Shown in pieces: positions 11,637 through 25,153 of a DNA stretch of 27,960 nucleotides. The notes beneath the pieces were generated by a model that saw nothing but the letters and a program-made list of their open reading frames with translations, was not told the DNA's origin and did no database searches. The position numbers and the translations under genes are program-made. The DNA is from Priapulus caudatus (Eukaryota). How positions within the stretch are numbered: position 1 is the first letter of the stretch; each line of letters starts with the position of its first letter. Location of the stretch: NCBI RefSeq assembly GCF_000485595.1, contig NW_014577062.1, forward strand, positions 1,074,012 through 1,101,971. The letters are read 5' to 3'.

Positions 11637-13964
11637 GTTAGCGACCCGGTCATGAATCGACTAGACAAACTACGCCTGAGCTTATATGGCTCCGCGTAAA
11701 TTGGATGTTATATGGAGTATAGGTAAGGCACGTTGTCATTTATTCATAATGTAGATTATACTTATATATATACTGCTTCAGAGCTGTAACAGACTGATAG
11801 TAGTGGTCCATCGGTGTGCATGCACCGGCGCGTGACGAGAAACTTCGCTCCAATAAATGGCACAGTAATATTTTGTGTATTTTTGGTAGAGTTTATATGT
11901 GATTGTGCATAAGAATGTATATACACAAGTTAAAAACACGGTAAAATGTCTGGTCAGAGCGTTTGCCTAACTAATGACGCCGTGCAACCCGAAACAGCCT
12001 GGCTTCATAACATCATTCCCTAGTACATACACAATTAGATATAATCAAGTGTTCCTGACATTAAACACCTCTTCTACTATTAAATAACTAATACCATCTC
12101 CACCGGCCGCGCAGTAAATCCCGTATGTAATAATGCTCAATAAAACGCGATCTGATTGTAACTTTGCTCGCGTCTGCATTGCTGATGAGAGACTGCCCTG
12201 AATGATGAGAGTTACTCCCACAGGTCGCTGCACTTTGCCCCGTGGCGCGTTTTCGGTAGCAGCAGCACTAAGCGTAGCGCGCAGGCAAAAACTGGTAAGG
12301 CTCTCCCACCCGCCCTGCCACGCCGCGCTCGGCTGCTCGTCCGGGATGCCGGGAGACTAGCAGACTTTCGGGCTGCGTTAGGTATTAGCGAGACACGCCC
12401 AGGCGTAAGGCATGTTAGGTATTAAAGACGACGCGTCTTGCCGTATAGTCAGCCCGTACAGGTGTGTGCTCTACGAAGTCGTGGCTTTAACATAGTTCGG
12501 CGCGCCCCCACTGCCCGCTTTTGTTAGCGAGCGTTGCCCCAGATCAGCAGGGCGCGATTTCACTTTCGGCGCATGTGTACACACACACGCAGACAACTTT
12601 CACTCAAGCCTGCGGTACCGACGGCAAGAGAGTTACATTGAGATATCAGCGCTTTGTCGTGTCGCTCAGCGAAACATTAGTAGTGCTTGCATCTAGACGC
12701 GTCTACTGCCCGCCGACGTCATTATGTGAATCGCGGCCTATCGGAAGGATACACACACGCAGACACACATATATTTATATGTATACTTAGACACACTCAA
12801 CCGTGTACATATAACGTGTGTCGCCATGACGCCGTTGTAGAGGACTCGGCATGAGGATTCGTACATCTCGTGCACTGGTAGGTATATATGCGCCGCTGTA
12901 CTTAGGCCTACATCGAGTTGTCGTCGCTGTTCGCCACGGCCCGTGTCGCCTTGATCATCTTACCTGTAGGATTGTGGATATCTCCATTAGTGCAGCTTAT
13001 AGCGGGATGATACAGGAAACGACGAGTGGCATCGACAACCATGGATAGGAAATCTGTAGAGCGATTCATCAGCAGTAATGATGCCGCTATCCTGTCATCC
13101 CTGCTGCTGATCTCATCAAACTGCTGTGCCGATATTAGATAATTATAAGAAGTTCTGCAAATACTAGTGAATTGTTTATATGAAGTCTTGCATGTAGAAA
13201 TACGTTATCTTGTCATACCTATACTGTTAATGTATTACTTATTATACAGTTATAAGAAGTCCTGAAAATAGTGGTAAAATATTCTTTATAAAGTATTGTG
13301 TGTGTATAAATATGTTATCTTGCATTATGTTATATTGCTGGGCGAGTGGAGTTGTATATTTCGTATAAGAACGATTTCTGTCGATCTAGTCATATGACCA
13401 AGCGCTTATAATACATTAATGTACCCACCTAACCACACCGAGGCCACCCACCAACCACCAAGGTATACGGTATACCCACATGCACCAAGGTACCCATTAA
13501 CGAAACCACCCACCAACAACTACCCACAAACCATCACCCATTAAGGTACCCACGCCATGAGCCATTTATGCATTATTAGTTCATGATGTGACCGATTTTT
13601 GTCGTATTTCGCCGTGCCCGAATTTCGATGTATAGTTTCGGTTGGCTATACTCACGCCACATACGGTGTAATGAGCGAAATCAAGATAGTGTTATGTTCA
13701 GTTGTTGAGATAACATAAAAGAGTCAATGCCATTCTACGCCACAAATTATACGCTATCGTACCCATTTCGGCTAGGCGAGTTTGAATTCTGGTGCTTTAA
13801 TTTTTACGTTTGTTTACATGCTCCAATAATTTACGATAAATGTTGCAATGCTCGTACGATGATGGATAAAGGAACTGGCGACAAGTGCTGGAAAACGTGG
13901 AAAATAGAACGCAAACAATGTACGATGTAACATAGTTTTAAAGCATGAAGGCGAAGTAGTGTAG

Positions 13965-14281
13965 AGCGAGAAAGAGAGAGAGAGGGGGCGGCAGACGAGG
14001 GAGGAAAGAATAAAAAGAGAAGAAAAAGAGAGGGAGGATAAAGAGACAAAGAAAAATAAAACTCCAGCGGAGGGAAATAGTAAGAAAAAAGGGGAGCAAG
14101 AGGATGAGAGCAATGAAAAGTGGAGAGTGATGTAGAGAAGGCGGAAGAATAGAAGAGAAAAGGAAGGGAGAGACATGCAGTGCGAGACAAAGATACACAG
14201 GGACAGTGATTAAAAGAAGGAGAAATAGAGAGAGACACACATATACACACATAGAGAAAGGGAGGGCAATATTGAGAGAAA

Positions 14282-14352
<71 letters not shown>

Positions 14353-14432
14353 TGGGGAGAGAGTATGTGTGCGCTTGTGTGTATTTCATCTCTCTCTTTC
14401 ACTCTCTCTCTCCCTGTGCGTGCGCGCGCGCA

Positions 14433-14502
<70 letters not shown>

Positions 14503-14705
14503 TGTGTGTGTGTATGTGTATGTGTGTGTGTGTGCGCGCGCGCGTGCGTGCGTGCGTGCGTGCGCGTGTGTGTATGCGTGTGCATGTGCGTGTGCGTGTG
14601 CGCGCGCGCGCGTGTGTGTATGTGTATGTATGTTCGTGAAAAAGAGAGCAAGGGCGAACGTAATAGAAAGAGCGGGAGAGAGAGAGGGAAGAAAGGAGGG
14701 GGTGA
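13965..14705. repeat. Purine-rich low-complexity tract with (GA)n, (GT)n and (GCGT)n microsatellites
   Basis: Seen directly. Confidence 0.93.
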
Positions 14706-16538
14706 GCAAGTGAGAAAAAGCAAGCGGGGAGTAGGCCCACACGCCGACTTGTGTAGGTGTGCGGGTGTCACCGAGAGCCTTTGGGAATTCACTGTAGCGA
14801 GACATATCCGGCGCTCCGCCCGAATGTGTCATAAAGCGTATGCATCCGGCATGCGTATATTGCGTGAGTGGGGATCTTTCATCTTCGTTTTTACACCTAG
14901 TTATTTTGTTGGCATGTAGTTACGCTATATGTACACGGCGGGTTAAGCAATCTACTTATCGTGCAGTTGACCAGCACATCACGGTCGCAATGCGTTCCGC
15001 CTTGAGGGAATGGTCTAGCAGGGTGATTCGCGGTTCGTGGTTTACAATTAGCACTGAACATTTTGCTTAATCCTACATAGCTAACTCCGGGCGTTTGTAA
15101 CGAGTTCTTTCTTATTGGCAGATTAGTCTCACATTCCATACTAAATTCACAAAAGAGCGTTCAATCTGCAGTGTAATATCTACGCGAATTATACACTACT
15201 TCACGCCCTTCGTAATGAAAGTAATGATGCTATTTAGGAATCAATCGCCTTTCTATATATCCGTTAGTAGAGGGCTTATTATGGGTATTATTATTATAGT
15301 GACTGTTTCAAATTCGTACAGAAACATAGAGTGCTGTCCAGCTAGATTATAACGCATATATACGTATCGATAAGTGAACGTTACCTATCACACTATTCAC
15401 TCGATCACGAGGTCAGATATATCGCTCGAAGGTCAGGCAGCTACTACGCTTTCATCGACGTATGACACAAGTAGGTGTGGCAAGGCCATGGCTTGCCGGC
15501 GGCGACGAATTCTTCTCGATATTTTGTGTAAACTGTAGAAATTCGAAAATATATAGGCACCACAGTCAATTACACGCTTTCTTCGAATCTCTCAATTGCC
15601 AGTTGATTGGTTACGCTCGACGGGCGGAGAGCTGTGTTGAAGAATTCGTGGCGCTTTCACGAGAGAAGGCGTGGACGAGTTCCACACGTCGTATGTGGCA
15701 TGCTTACGTTGAGATCCTGTCTTGTCACAAGGTTACACCTTCATCACCACATCAAGCAGCTTACCCGTGCGTTCGTCTGTCTTGCTAATGTAGTCCTAAC
15801 ATCAAATAAAACGCAAAATTACATCCGTCTTTCCTTGAAGAACGTCGTGCGTATTCAATTATCCAGAATATCGCACATATTGAGGCACTAGTCTCCTTCG
15901 GCACTCTGTGAATGCAGTGTCTTACAATCAGTGTATAGGAAACGCGAGTTTTAACGGCGCTTTTGAGTAATTAGGAAGAAGATTTATGTACCTTTCGTGT
16001 TTTATTTGGTGTCGTTCCTGACAGAACAGTTATTGTTATCGAAAAGCATATAGTTAATGCTTAACATTTGGCGTTTGACGCGTCGGTGAAGCAGCTTTAC
16101 GTATAATAAGTACACCCGTTACCACGGGCATGCGCAATAACCGGTTATATCAATGCCGGAACTTTTCGTCTTTCCTGGTTCGACCAAAAAGCGACAGGAA
16201 GTGTTAGCGTCCAGGTTCACTATTCGTCCTCAGGACAGCGAGTTGACATCTGCAGAAACCTGCGCATGCGCACTTCAGCGCACTCGGCCGTGAATAAACA
16301 ACGACGTGCAATAGAGTAAATCATGCATATTCGCTGCTAACTGCGACCACACATGCATTCAGCAAGGCAGGGGCGACTGCATCTGCAAACGAGGAGTAAT
16401 GCAAACGCAGGTTGAATTTGAATACGAAAAAAATCTTCGTGCACTTCTCGCTCTAACGCCAAGACGTGGCGACGTTAGACTGTTAATCGGTCAGTAGTCG
16501 CCGATGCGCGGGCATGCGGGCACAGATCCCCGGTCAGC

Positions 16539-16545
16539 TATATAA
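16539..16545 (+). promoter_or_regulatory. Candidate TATA box of the ZP gene
   Basis: cTATATAAcc in a GC-rich context ~95 nt upstream of the ATG. Confidence 0.5.
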
Positions 16546-16637
16546 CCAGGGTGTCTCATGTCTTTACAGGTGAGCTTGCCGCTACATTGCCGCCCTGAGG
16601 ACACTACTGTGATACGATAAAGAAGAAGTAGGAGGTG

Positions 16638-16685
16638 ATGAAGAATTCGAATCTTACTCGTGCCGTCCTGCTGCTAGCGCTGTCG
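16638..16685 (+). CDS. ZP gene coding exon 1 (MKNSNLTRAVLLLALS; first part of signal peptide)
   Basis: ATG at 16638, hydrophobic core, strong donor TCG|GTAAGT at 16686, TATA-like element ~95 nt upstream. Not in the ORF track. Confidence 0.8.
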
Positions 16686-17469
16686 GTAAGTGAGCCGTTG
16701 TACAGAAGCTATAGTTTATATATTCTGCTTTAAAATATATGTAGAACTGTGGTTTCTTGAGTAAATTATTATTTCAGGGACTGATCTAGGATTGCTGACG
16801 TGAACACCCCTGCTTCCGCCGCTCCACAACAAATAACCCTACAATTTCTTACTATAAATCTTAGAATCATTGTGCTTTCGTAGTTGAGTTTGTCCCGTGG
16901 ACCGGTTTTAATGTAAACGTCATTTCTATCTTTCTATCACAATTACTACATTTATTCGTTTTAGAGAATTTGAAGTAGTCTTAATGTTATATAGAAATGA
17001 TCATATAATTTTGAAGAATGCCACCAAGTGCTGATAAAAATGATCAAATGCGTTGGTGGCCGTCGTGAACTTTGCTCTTAACATAGGGCCCTTGCCCTTG
17101 CTCCATTGCCAATTTTTGATCCGCACCGCAGTCTCTCTGGCTGCAATATGTTTGTGTTCACTAAGCGGAATTAATGCGTGATCGATCAGAGGTATTTCAG
17201 CGTGGTACATGACAGCTTGTTCCTGACGCTCATGCCAAATACTGCTGTAAATGTCCTTCAACTAGCTTAGTAAGTTCGCCAACACGTGAACCTGAGCGAT
17301 GGATAGCATTGCACTCGCTGTAAGCACTCGTTATGCAAGTGACTCGTTATGCAATTTCACTCTTTTCCTTTCTCTCCGTCTCCCTTTCCCTCTCCCTACC
17401 CCTCCTGCTTTCTCTTTGTCCTTTCTCCGTGTTTCTTTGTATCTCTCAGCCGCTTCTCTCTGTGTATGT

Positions 17470-17516
<47 letters not shown>

Positions 17517-17547
17517 TCTCTCTCTCTCTCTCTCATCTCTCTCTTTT

Positions 17548-17603
<56 letters not shown>

Positions 17604-20600
17604 CCCCTCTCTCCGTCTCTGCTTGTCTGTCTCTCCCCGTCTCTGTCTGTCTGTCTCTCCCCGTCTCTGACTGTCTGTCTCTCTCCGTGTCTCTTGGTCA
17701 CTGTATCTGGAATGGGGGGGGGGGGGGTCAGCTAATAGCGCTAGGGTCGCTGTATCCTGTACTCTATGCCGGAGGTGGTACGTCTGTGTAAACCAGTAGT
17801 TGATAATGATAGACTGCTTAAGTGAAATCGCCGTCGGGCGAAATCCTGCTGCCCTGCATCCAGATTTCTCGCACCTTTCACTTTCTCACCGCAGGAGCTG
17901 CTCTCTTTGCATATACCGTACGCCCAAAATATTGGCTGCAGAACGCCGTAGCTCGGCCCGCAACCCGCCTACAAGGAGGGGGTGGAAAACAGGCGGGGGT
18001 ATGGCCCCCCCAGAAGATTTGAAAATATAGATAACAGGAGATGGTGTTTGATGCATTTTTGAGTACATGTATTGAATACATTGCCTTCATTCTGACTACA
18101 ACAATTCTCTTTTTAGTAGAACAATTCTTGCGCTTGCAGCACGTCATTGATTGATGTACAGGGGGGGGGAGGCATTATTGAATATGTAGGGGGTGACCAC
18201 CGCTGGGATGAGGGCGACAGCCAAAACCCTTTCTTGGAATTGTGAAAAAAGCTGCAAACGGGTTATAACCTGCTTTGCCACTCAATTACATAAACTCACT
18301 CATTTAACTCATGCATCAGGTGCCGTTTTGTACAGCCGCGCGAGTATTATACTTGGCAATAATTAATTGGTATATGTGTAAAAATATTATTAGTCCAACA
18401 GAAGAGGGTGGCTAGCCACCCAATCCACCCCCAGCTGAATCCGCCACTGCTGTAGGAGGGGAACAACACTCCCTGTGGAGTAGACGGATTACGGTCCGGT
18501 ATACCAGACAGTTACCAGGGTACGTTCCGGTATAATGGACCGCACCCAGGGTACGGTCCGGCAGTATACCCAGGGAGACATAGACCTTATCAGCGCTGCT
18601 GTGTGGCAGCGGTCTGGGTCGGCTGCATGGCGACGTGCTTAATTCCTCACATGCTAGACTGGCTCGTGTCAGATCAATCGCGCCGTACACTAGGCGATGG
18701 TGACCTCTCCCGTGAGGTCACCTATACGCCCGCTATTCACGCCGTCTGGGCGAGCTGTGGCTGTTATATTCTGCGTCCGTGAGAGCAGTGCGCCGTCCGT
18801 CGATCGTGCGAACGTAACTGCTATGTACGTCGTGTGATTTCGAGCGCATGATACGCGTGTCCACGGCCCTTCCTTGAAGGCACGAAATTCGTAACGAAGA
18901 CGTTTTACAAGTTGGAGAAACGTTACTTTTTTGTTGTTGTTCAATTTGTTCACTCACAGACTGCAACGGCGTTAGCCGTGGCTACCAATCTAGTCTGCCA
19001 TCTCCACATACGCGTGGTCACAAACCGTGAACGGCTGGCTAGCTGCTAGTGGGTTCAGACCTACAGCCTGCACGTAGTAGTACTAGAACGAAATTTTTAT
19101 TTAAATTCGTGGTTTCATCTTTTCGTTGGCAACCTACCCTCTGTCTTATTAATTGTTTGGCACTGTCTGAACTACGGCATATTTCACTTCGCTGTAGGTA
19201 AGTCGCCGTGTATGGTACAAAAAGTTCTTCGACCTTTGCGTATAATATATGCAGCATTTTAAAGCGACAATCTCATTTGCATGAATAATAATTCGGTTCG
19301 CTCCCGGAACTTCAGGGAACAGGTTTCCTAGGACGAGCGGTCAGCGTGGTATCGGGCGCGTGCCGGAAACTCGCGATTATAAGCGATCAGGACGATGTTT
19401 CCCGCATCGCGTCTACCTTCATAAAGCTGCGGTCATGGTGGCCGCATTCACATGCCGCCCCTCCATAGAATATGGGGTGGGAATGGGCGTGCGACAAAGA
19501 ACCCAAAGCTCATAACTCTCGCGCTCACCTTGATCGATTTTTGGTTGCGCCGTGTTTTTAGTATATTAGCGGGTACTAAATAGCGGCAACTAGGCGTAAT
19601 GTGTCGACTTGGTGATATAATTTTCTAGTTGTGCACGGTCGTTTCATGCGTTGACATAATGGTGGTGATTACCATATATAGACTATAGTAAATGCCCCGT
19701 GGGTGTCAACACCCATCATGCTTTCAATGCAACCGAACTTTCGTTATCGTAAGATTTACTGTATTTTGTTGAGTAAGGTTATTTTGCGCATTTATTAAAA
19801 CTCGTTTTACTTGTTAAATACCCACTAGTAACGTGTTTACGACTTCAACCAGTTCACAATGTTTATATATTATTCGAAATAACTTTTAACTAGTTTCAGG
19901 CCATATACTAAAACGAGTAAAACAGGTAACGCGTAGTCATTTTTCACCCGATTTTTTGTCATTTCTTAAAAACGTTTGGAATTTCAAGCAAAGTCTTTTG
20001 TAAAGACTAACCAGATTTTAGTAGACGAAACAGACAATCACGTTGTTTACTTCTCGTTGTTCAGACACCTGCCTTTGAGAACGAATAAAAAAAAATTGCT
20101 TAGCAAGATGGGAAGGTGGCATGGTGGTTGCTTACCGATAACCACATAACAAGCGATGTTCCTCGGTCGATGTCGATGTGCAATCGACTACTAAACATAA
20201 CGACATGTTTTTGATATACAATAGTCAGACATTTTATTTAAATCTAAAATACACGATTTTTCTTTCCAGTGTTTGGACGTGGTCTGGGCGATGGGGTTAA
20301 AACCAAAAGGTAAGCTTATAAGCGCGCGATATTAATTTATGATATATCAAAATATGATATGATATCATATAGGCCTCTCATCAATTGAAAATGAAAACCA
20401 TCTCTAGCTAACTCTTACTGGAGACATTCTGTGCGTATAATCACCAAGCGTGACACATAATTATGTGTCGTATGTAGGCCCCCTACACAATGGCGGCAGT
20501 TATTGTTTCGAAAGATTCCCAATGTACCAAAAATCACTTAGCATGTGCATTACGCAAGTTAAAAGCAACGTTAAAGACATATGTCACGTGCGAATTCATG

Positions 20601-23600
20601 CGTTCCCACTCCCGCGTGATCTCAGCACGTTGTTCGGCGTGATTTACCGCGCGGTAACGCCTTTCGAGAGTTTCATATTTGCGTATCGTATCATCGCAGC
20701 TAGCATCGCACGTCAGACTGGGCGCCATTGTTGCTCTCAGGCGAGCGAACTTCGGAACTGTCGCTGTCGAGGGGCGGGCGGGGCGGGACGGGGAGGGGTG
20801 CGGTCATCGGCGGGTACTTGTAGTTAGTTAGCGGCGTCCACGCGCTCACACAGACGCAGCTTTCATCACGCGGCGGTCCGCTCGTCAGCAGTATCAGTAG
20901 ATTGATAATTAGAGACCATTGCGCCGAGCATTGTACTCCAGTATACGGAAGTTATAAATGCGGCGAAGCATAAATGTTTATTTTATACCAACAGAACGGC
21001 AGCATCAGCCCGTGTACATACTGGATGGCATCGCTTATATATATATATAGCGATCAAATGTTGTAGCTTGACAATCTAACCATGATATATCAGGAGTAAA
21101 GAAAAGATATTATAGACTTATTAAGAGTTAGCCACCGTTTCAACGAGAATATGGTAACAATAAATTGCCGGTTATCGCTTCCCGTAACTCTCTAAGTTTG
21201 TCACGCTCCTTTGTTCGTATCTCGTCGCACTTCTGTTGTCATGCGGCTATGCAACCGGAAACCTAAAATATATGTATTTATTACGTTATTTATTATAAAT
21301 ACATTGCGTTATTTACAACGCAATGTTCTGCCGTTGGCTCTAGCGAAAATATCATGATATCACCAGGAGTGTCATAATATAGCCCATGATAATCACAAAT
21401 GACAATCATAGTCTATATTATGACACTCCTGATACCCCCCTCCTGATGACCTGCTGATGACCCGCTGATGACCTCCTGATGACCTCCTGATGACCCGCCT
21501 CCTGCGTATAGCATCCGCATCTCCTCACCGATGTAGAGCTAATGTCGCTGCGTTTTCGTGTGCAGTGACGGTGAAGTGCAGTCGCCCGGACGCGATGACA
21601 CTGACGGTGCAGACGCCTAGCATGGTCGTCGGCTCGATCTACGTGAAGGATCAGGTGAAGAACCCGGACTGCATCGTGTCTCCGTCGGCTGAGAGCACAG
21701 AGTTCGTCATCTTCTTCGACAAGTGTGGAACGAAGCGGGTATGTGAGAAGAACATGGTAGAAGAACATTATCCATAACAAGACACATTGTTTCTGGACAG
21801 TGCGCTAACACCACGAACATGTGTCTCGGCATAACTACAGGCCTAGTTGCTGATGGGGAGAGGTGGGGATTTCGCACAAGATGATTGTGAATAAAATTAT
21901 TCATGCTTTGTAATTACGTTTACATTGAAGACCATAGTTACCTAAAGGGCGGCACTTATGTGCACATGCATATATAGGCTATAAGGCACAGTATTGAATT
22001 CTTTGAGATATTTGTTTTATATTGAAATCTTCTATAATTTTCTATGTGGTGTAACTATTTACTGATCTTGATTTTTAATTTACTTTTACCATAATTGGTT
22101 TGTAACTGTGCCTTTGGTGTCCGTTTTGTTCATTTATTACGTTTACCTCAAAAGAACATTTCACAGCGTTGAATGACTATTAGAATGCAATTCTATCTTC
22201 GTACGTTAAATGTTTAATTATATGTTACTTTTGTACAGGAGAACGACATCTATACAAGCACAATTGTGATACAGCGCCACCGTACGGTGGTGACGGCAGA
22301 CGACGTCGCGTACAAAGTGCAATGTGCATTTGACACGAGCCCAAAGACGGTGCTCAACTCTGACGTCACACTCAAGTACGCGACTTTCACGTTAACGCAC
22401 TGAAACGCAATAACGGCCTAATCTTTGAATCATGTTCTATAGCGATGCCGACATGAGCGCAATGAACTCGTCAAACGCCGCGTCATTGTGCCATTGCGAT
22501 GTTGCAGATAGCTTTCCCAAACAGCTGCTCTGGCCGCTGTTCACTACATTGCAGTATTTTATTACAATTAATTTTGGAGCCAATCCCTTTCAACGCCGAG
22601 TTCAATTGGCGAGGACAGAAGAGGTGACCATCGTGAAGTGGATATGCCATTTCTTATATGCGTATACATGAATTACGCAATGAATACAGTGACCGGACAT
22701 CGATCACATTTTTTCTCTCGCAGCGATCTCTCACCGACTGTCATTAATCAGACAGCACCGCCGGCCAAGGTGACGATGAACGTGTATGACTTCGTCACCG
22801 ACAGATTCGTCACCAACCTGCGTCTAGGCGAAGTCTACGAGCTGGAGATTGATATCGCCAACGGACGTGAGTCAGTTGTCTCGTAATACAGCCGCTAGAT
22901 GGCAGCTTCAACCCAACCGGCGCAGAGCCGTATATAGAGATATCTAGAGTAAATAGATAGAGTATCTCTATATACGGCGCTAGACCGGCGCGGCCGTAGA
23001 AATGTATAGGGCCATCCTTATATAGGAATAGGGAAACGCATATTATTTCTGTGGTCCTGGTCAAAAGCTCATTGCTTCGGGTTCGAGCACCTTTGATATG
23101 GTGTCTCTGACTTTCATTAGAATGTTTTGTAATTTAAAACGAGGCACAATGACATTAAACGACTTATTATATCACGTGTAGCATAACACGTTATAAAGGT
23201 TGTCACACATAGTTTCGACCCTGAAAGAATCAAAAATGGGAGGGGATATGGGTGCTCTAGTATATAGAAGCTCTACATATTGAGGTGTTTCTACGGCAGG
23301 CGTCTATGGCGGCTTCGTGCGGGACTGCTGGGCGTTCACCGGCGACGGGCTGTGGAAATATCAACTGCTTGACACCAACGGGTAAGCAGTGACCTCATTG
23401 ACCTCTGCAGACGTCACGACGTCCTGTGTATACTTTAGACTCACGTATATAACGTTTCCATTCTCGCAATTAGCGATAATTGATTTGATGATCGCTGGGA
23501 ACTGAAATATCCAGCTAGCAAACTCGCGATGTAAGACGTGGAGAATAATGTTGAGATTCATTAGCATAAGGATTTCTCATGATTAAAATTCGTCATTTCA

Positions 23601-25116
23601 ACATTTTCAGCTGCCCCTTAGATGCGGCCATTTTCGGAAAGGCATACGTGGATGACCAATCGCAGAATAGCGGCCATTACTTTCTGTACATGCCGTTCGA
23701 AGCATTTAAGTTTGCGGAGAGCACGCAGGTCCGCTTTCAGTGCCAACTGATGATGTGCAGGGGTCCGTGTGAACCGGTAGGTGGCGCCATCTCCCTGTTT
23801 GGTTCGTAACTCCTCTGAGAGTTGCCCGATGTCGTTAAATACGTATTTAGTCATCTTTCTGAATTTTTAAACTGCATGTACGTCTTAAATGTAATCAGGA
23901 CAATGTTGAAAATGGCTTATATGTAAAGCTTATAAGCATTTTAATTACAACTTGAAAGAGATGACATGAACTCAGATTAATCTACAGGCTCACAATGATC
24001 TTAAGTCTGATAGCTGCTGATGTGCATACACGGATTACTAAAAGCTTAAAACGTAACGTTGAGAGGTAAGGGTAGAGACGGAATGAATCTTCACCGCCAT
24101 CGAAATTATGCCATCCAGTTTAAAATTTAATCGATGAATCACCCATAAAAACTCTACCTGAGGTGGTTACCAGGGCAGTTTCTGTTATACCAGTTGTTCT
24201 GTTATCCTCCTGCTATATCCCTTTTTATTTTGTACGTCCACCCTCGTACTCCCTACTGGCCCCGAATAATGAACTTTATTCGACCTAAACATAAAACAGT
24301 ACACTAAAGGAGAAAAATTGCGAAGATTATGTTTGCATTAATTACAGAGGGGGGGAACGGGTATTTTCGGGACGCGGGATTGGCCATTTTAATTACCTGG
24401 GAACTGGGAAATGTCAGATAAATTTTCCGTGATTCGGGAATAGAAGTCCATCGGGACGTGGGAAAGACCCTCTAAAATTGTCTGGGATCTGGGAAAATTG
24501 TGTCAATTCGTCGGGATTTCAATTTCTGCGCTAATATTTTTTAAATATTTAAAAAAAAAAATTTTTTTTATTAATTATGCCCAGATAAATAATAGTATGT
24601 AAATATTAGTATTTATGTAGTGTTTGAAAACCTAAACTACTGAATTTCCTGAAACATGTCTACATAATTTCCTGGGAACTGGGAATTGGGATTTTATTTT
24701 ACTGGGAACTGGGATATGGGGTGTTTTTTGCTGGGAAAGTGGGAATGTACCCCCCCGTTCCCCCCCTCATTACAGATGAGTGGATAAATATTAATTACCC
24801 GCATTACGCGGTTACAATGAGTGTATGCACATGCAGCCGCTTCTAACACAGCTTTCTGCAACTGCTTTCACCAGAACTCGTGCCATTGCTATAAAATGTT
24901 CAGGCTTACAGGCAAATTCCGTTTTAAAAACAAAATAACATTTTCGTAAGAAAGAACGAGCCAGCCGTAAATGCATCATATAGTCGCTGTGGTAGTTCAA
25001 CGACGACTAATTTTAAGAATGAGGTTTAAGATCTTGCTGGTTTAAGCGTTGCTAATTAATTTAGTTACGGCTTTCGCCACTCTCCATTAGCCCGCCAAAA
25101 TACGGAATAATTTCCA

Positions 25117-25153
<37 letters not shown>

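Noticed and set aside
12182..12230. CTGATGA cores at 12182 (+), ~11306 (-), ~13066 (-) and CTGAGGA at 16595 (+)
   Set aside because: None is followed by a stem II plus GAAA.
17001..17261. 86-aa minus-strand ORF in intron 1, and other short ORFs at 0.1-2.4, 12.5-13.0, 15.4-15.9 and 20.4-20.8 kb
   Set aside because: No recognisable domain or consistent splice context; lengths are as expected by chance.
20857..20890. Minus-strand CUGACGA-GCGG(ACCG)CCGC-GUGAU-GAAAGCU
   Set aside because: There is a five-nucleotide insertion before GAAA, a G at the cleavage position, and no convincing stem I.
23078..23092. Pol III B-box-like GGTTCGAGCACC (also GGTTCGAAC at ~6612)
   Set aside because: No A box or cloverleaf, so no tRNA or SINE can be supported.
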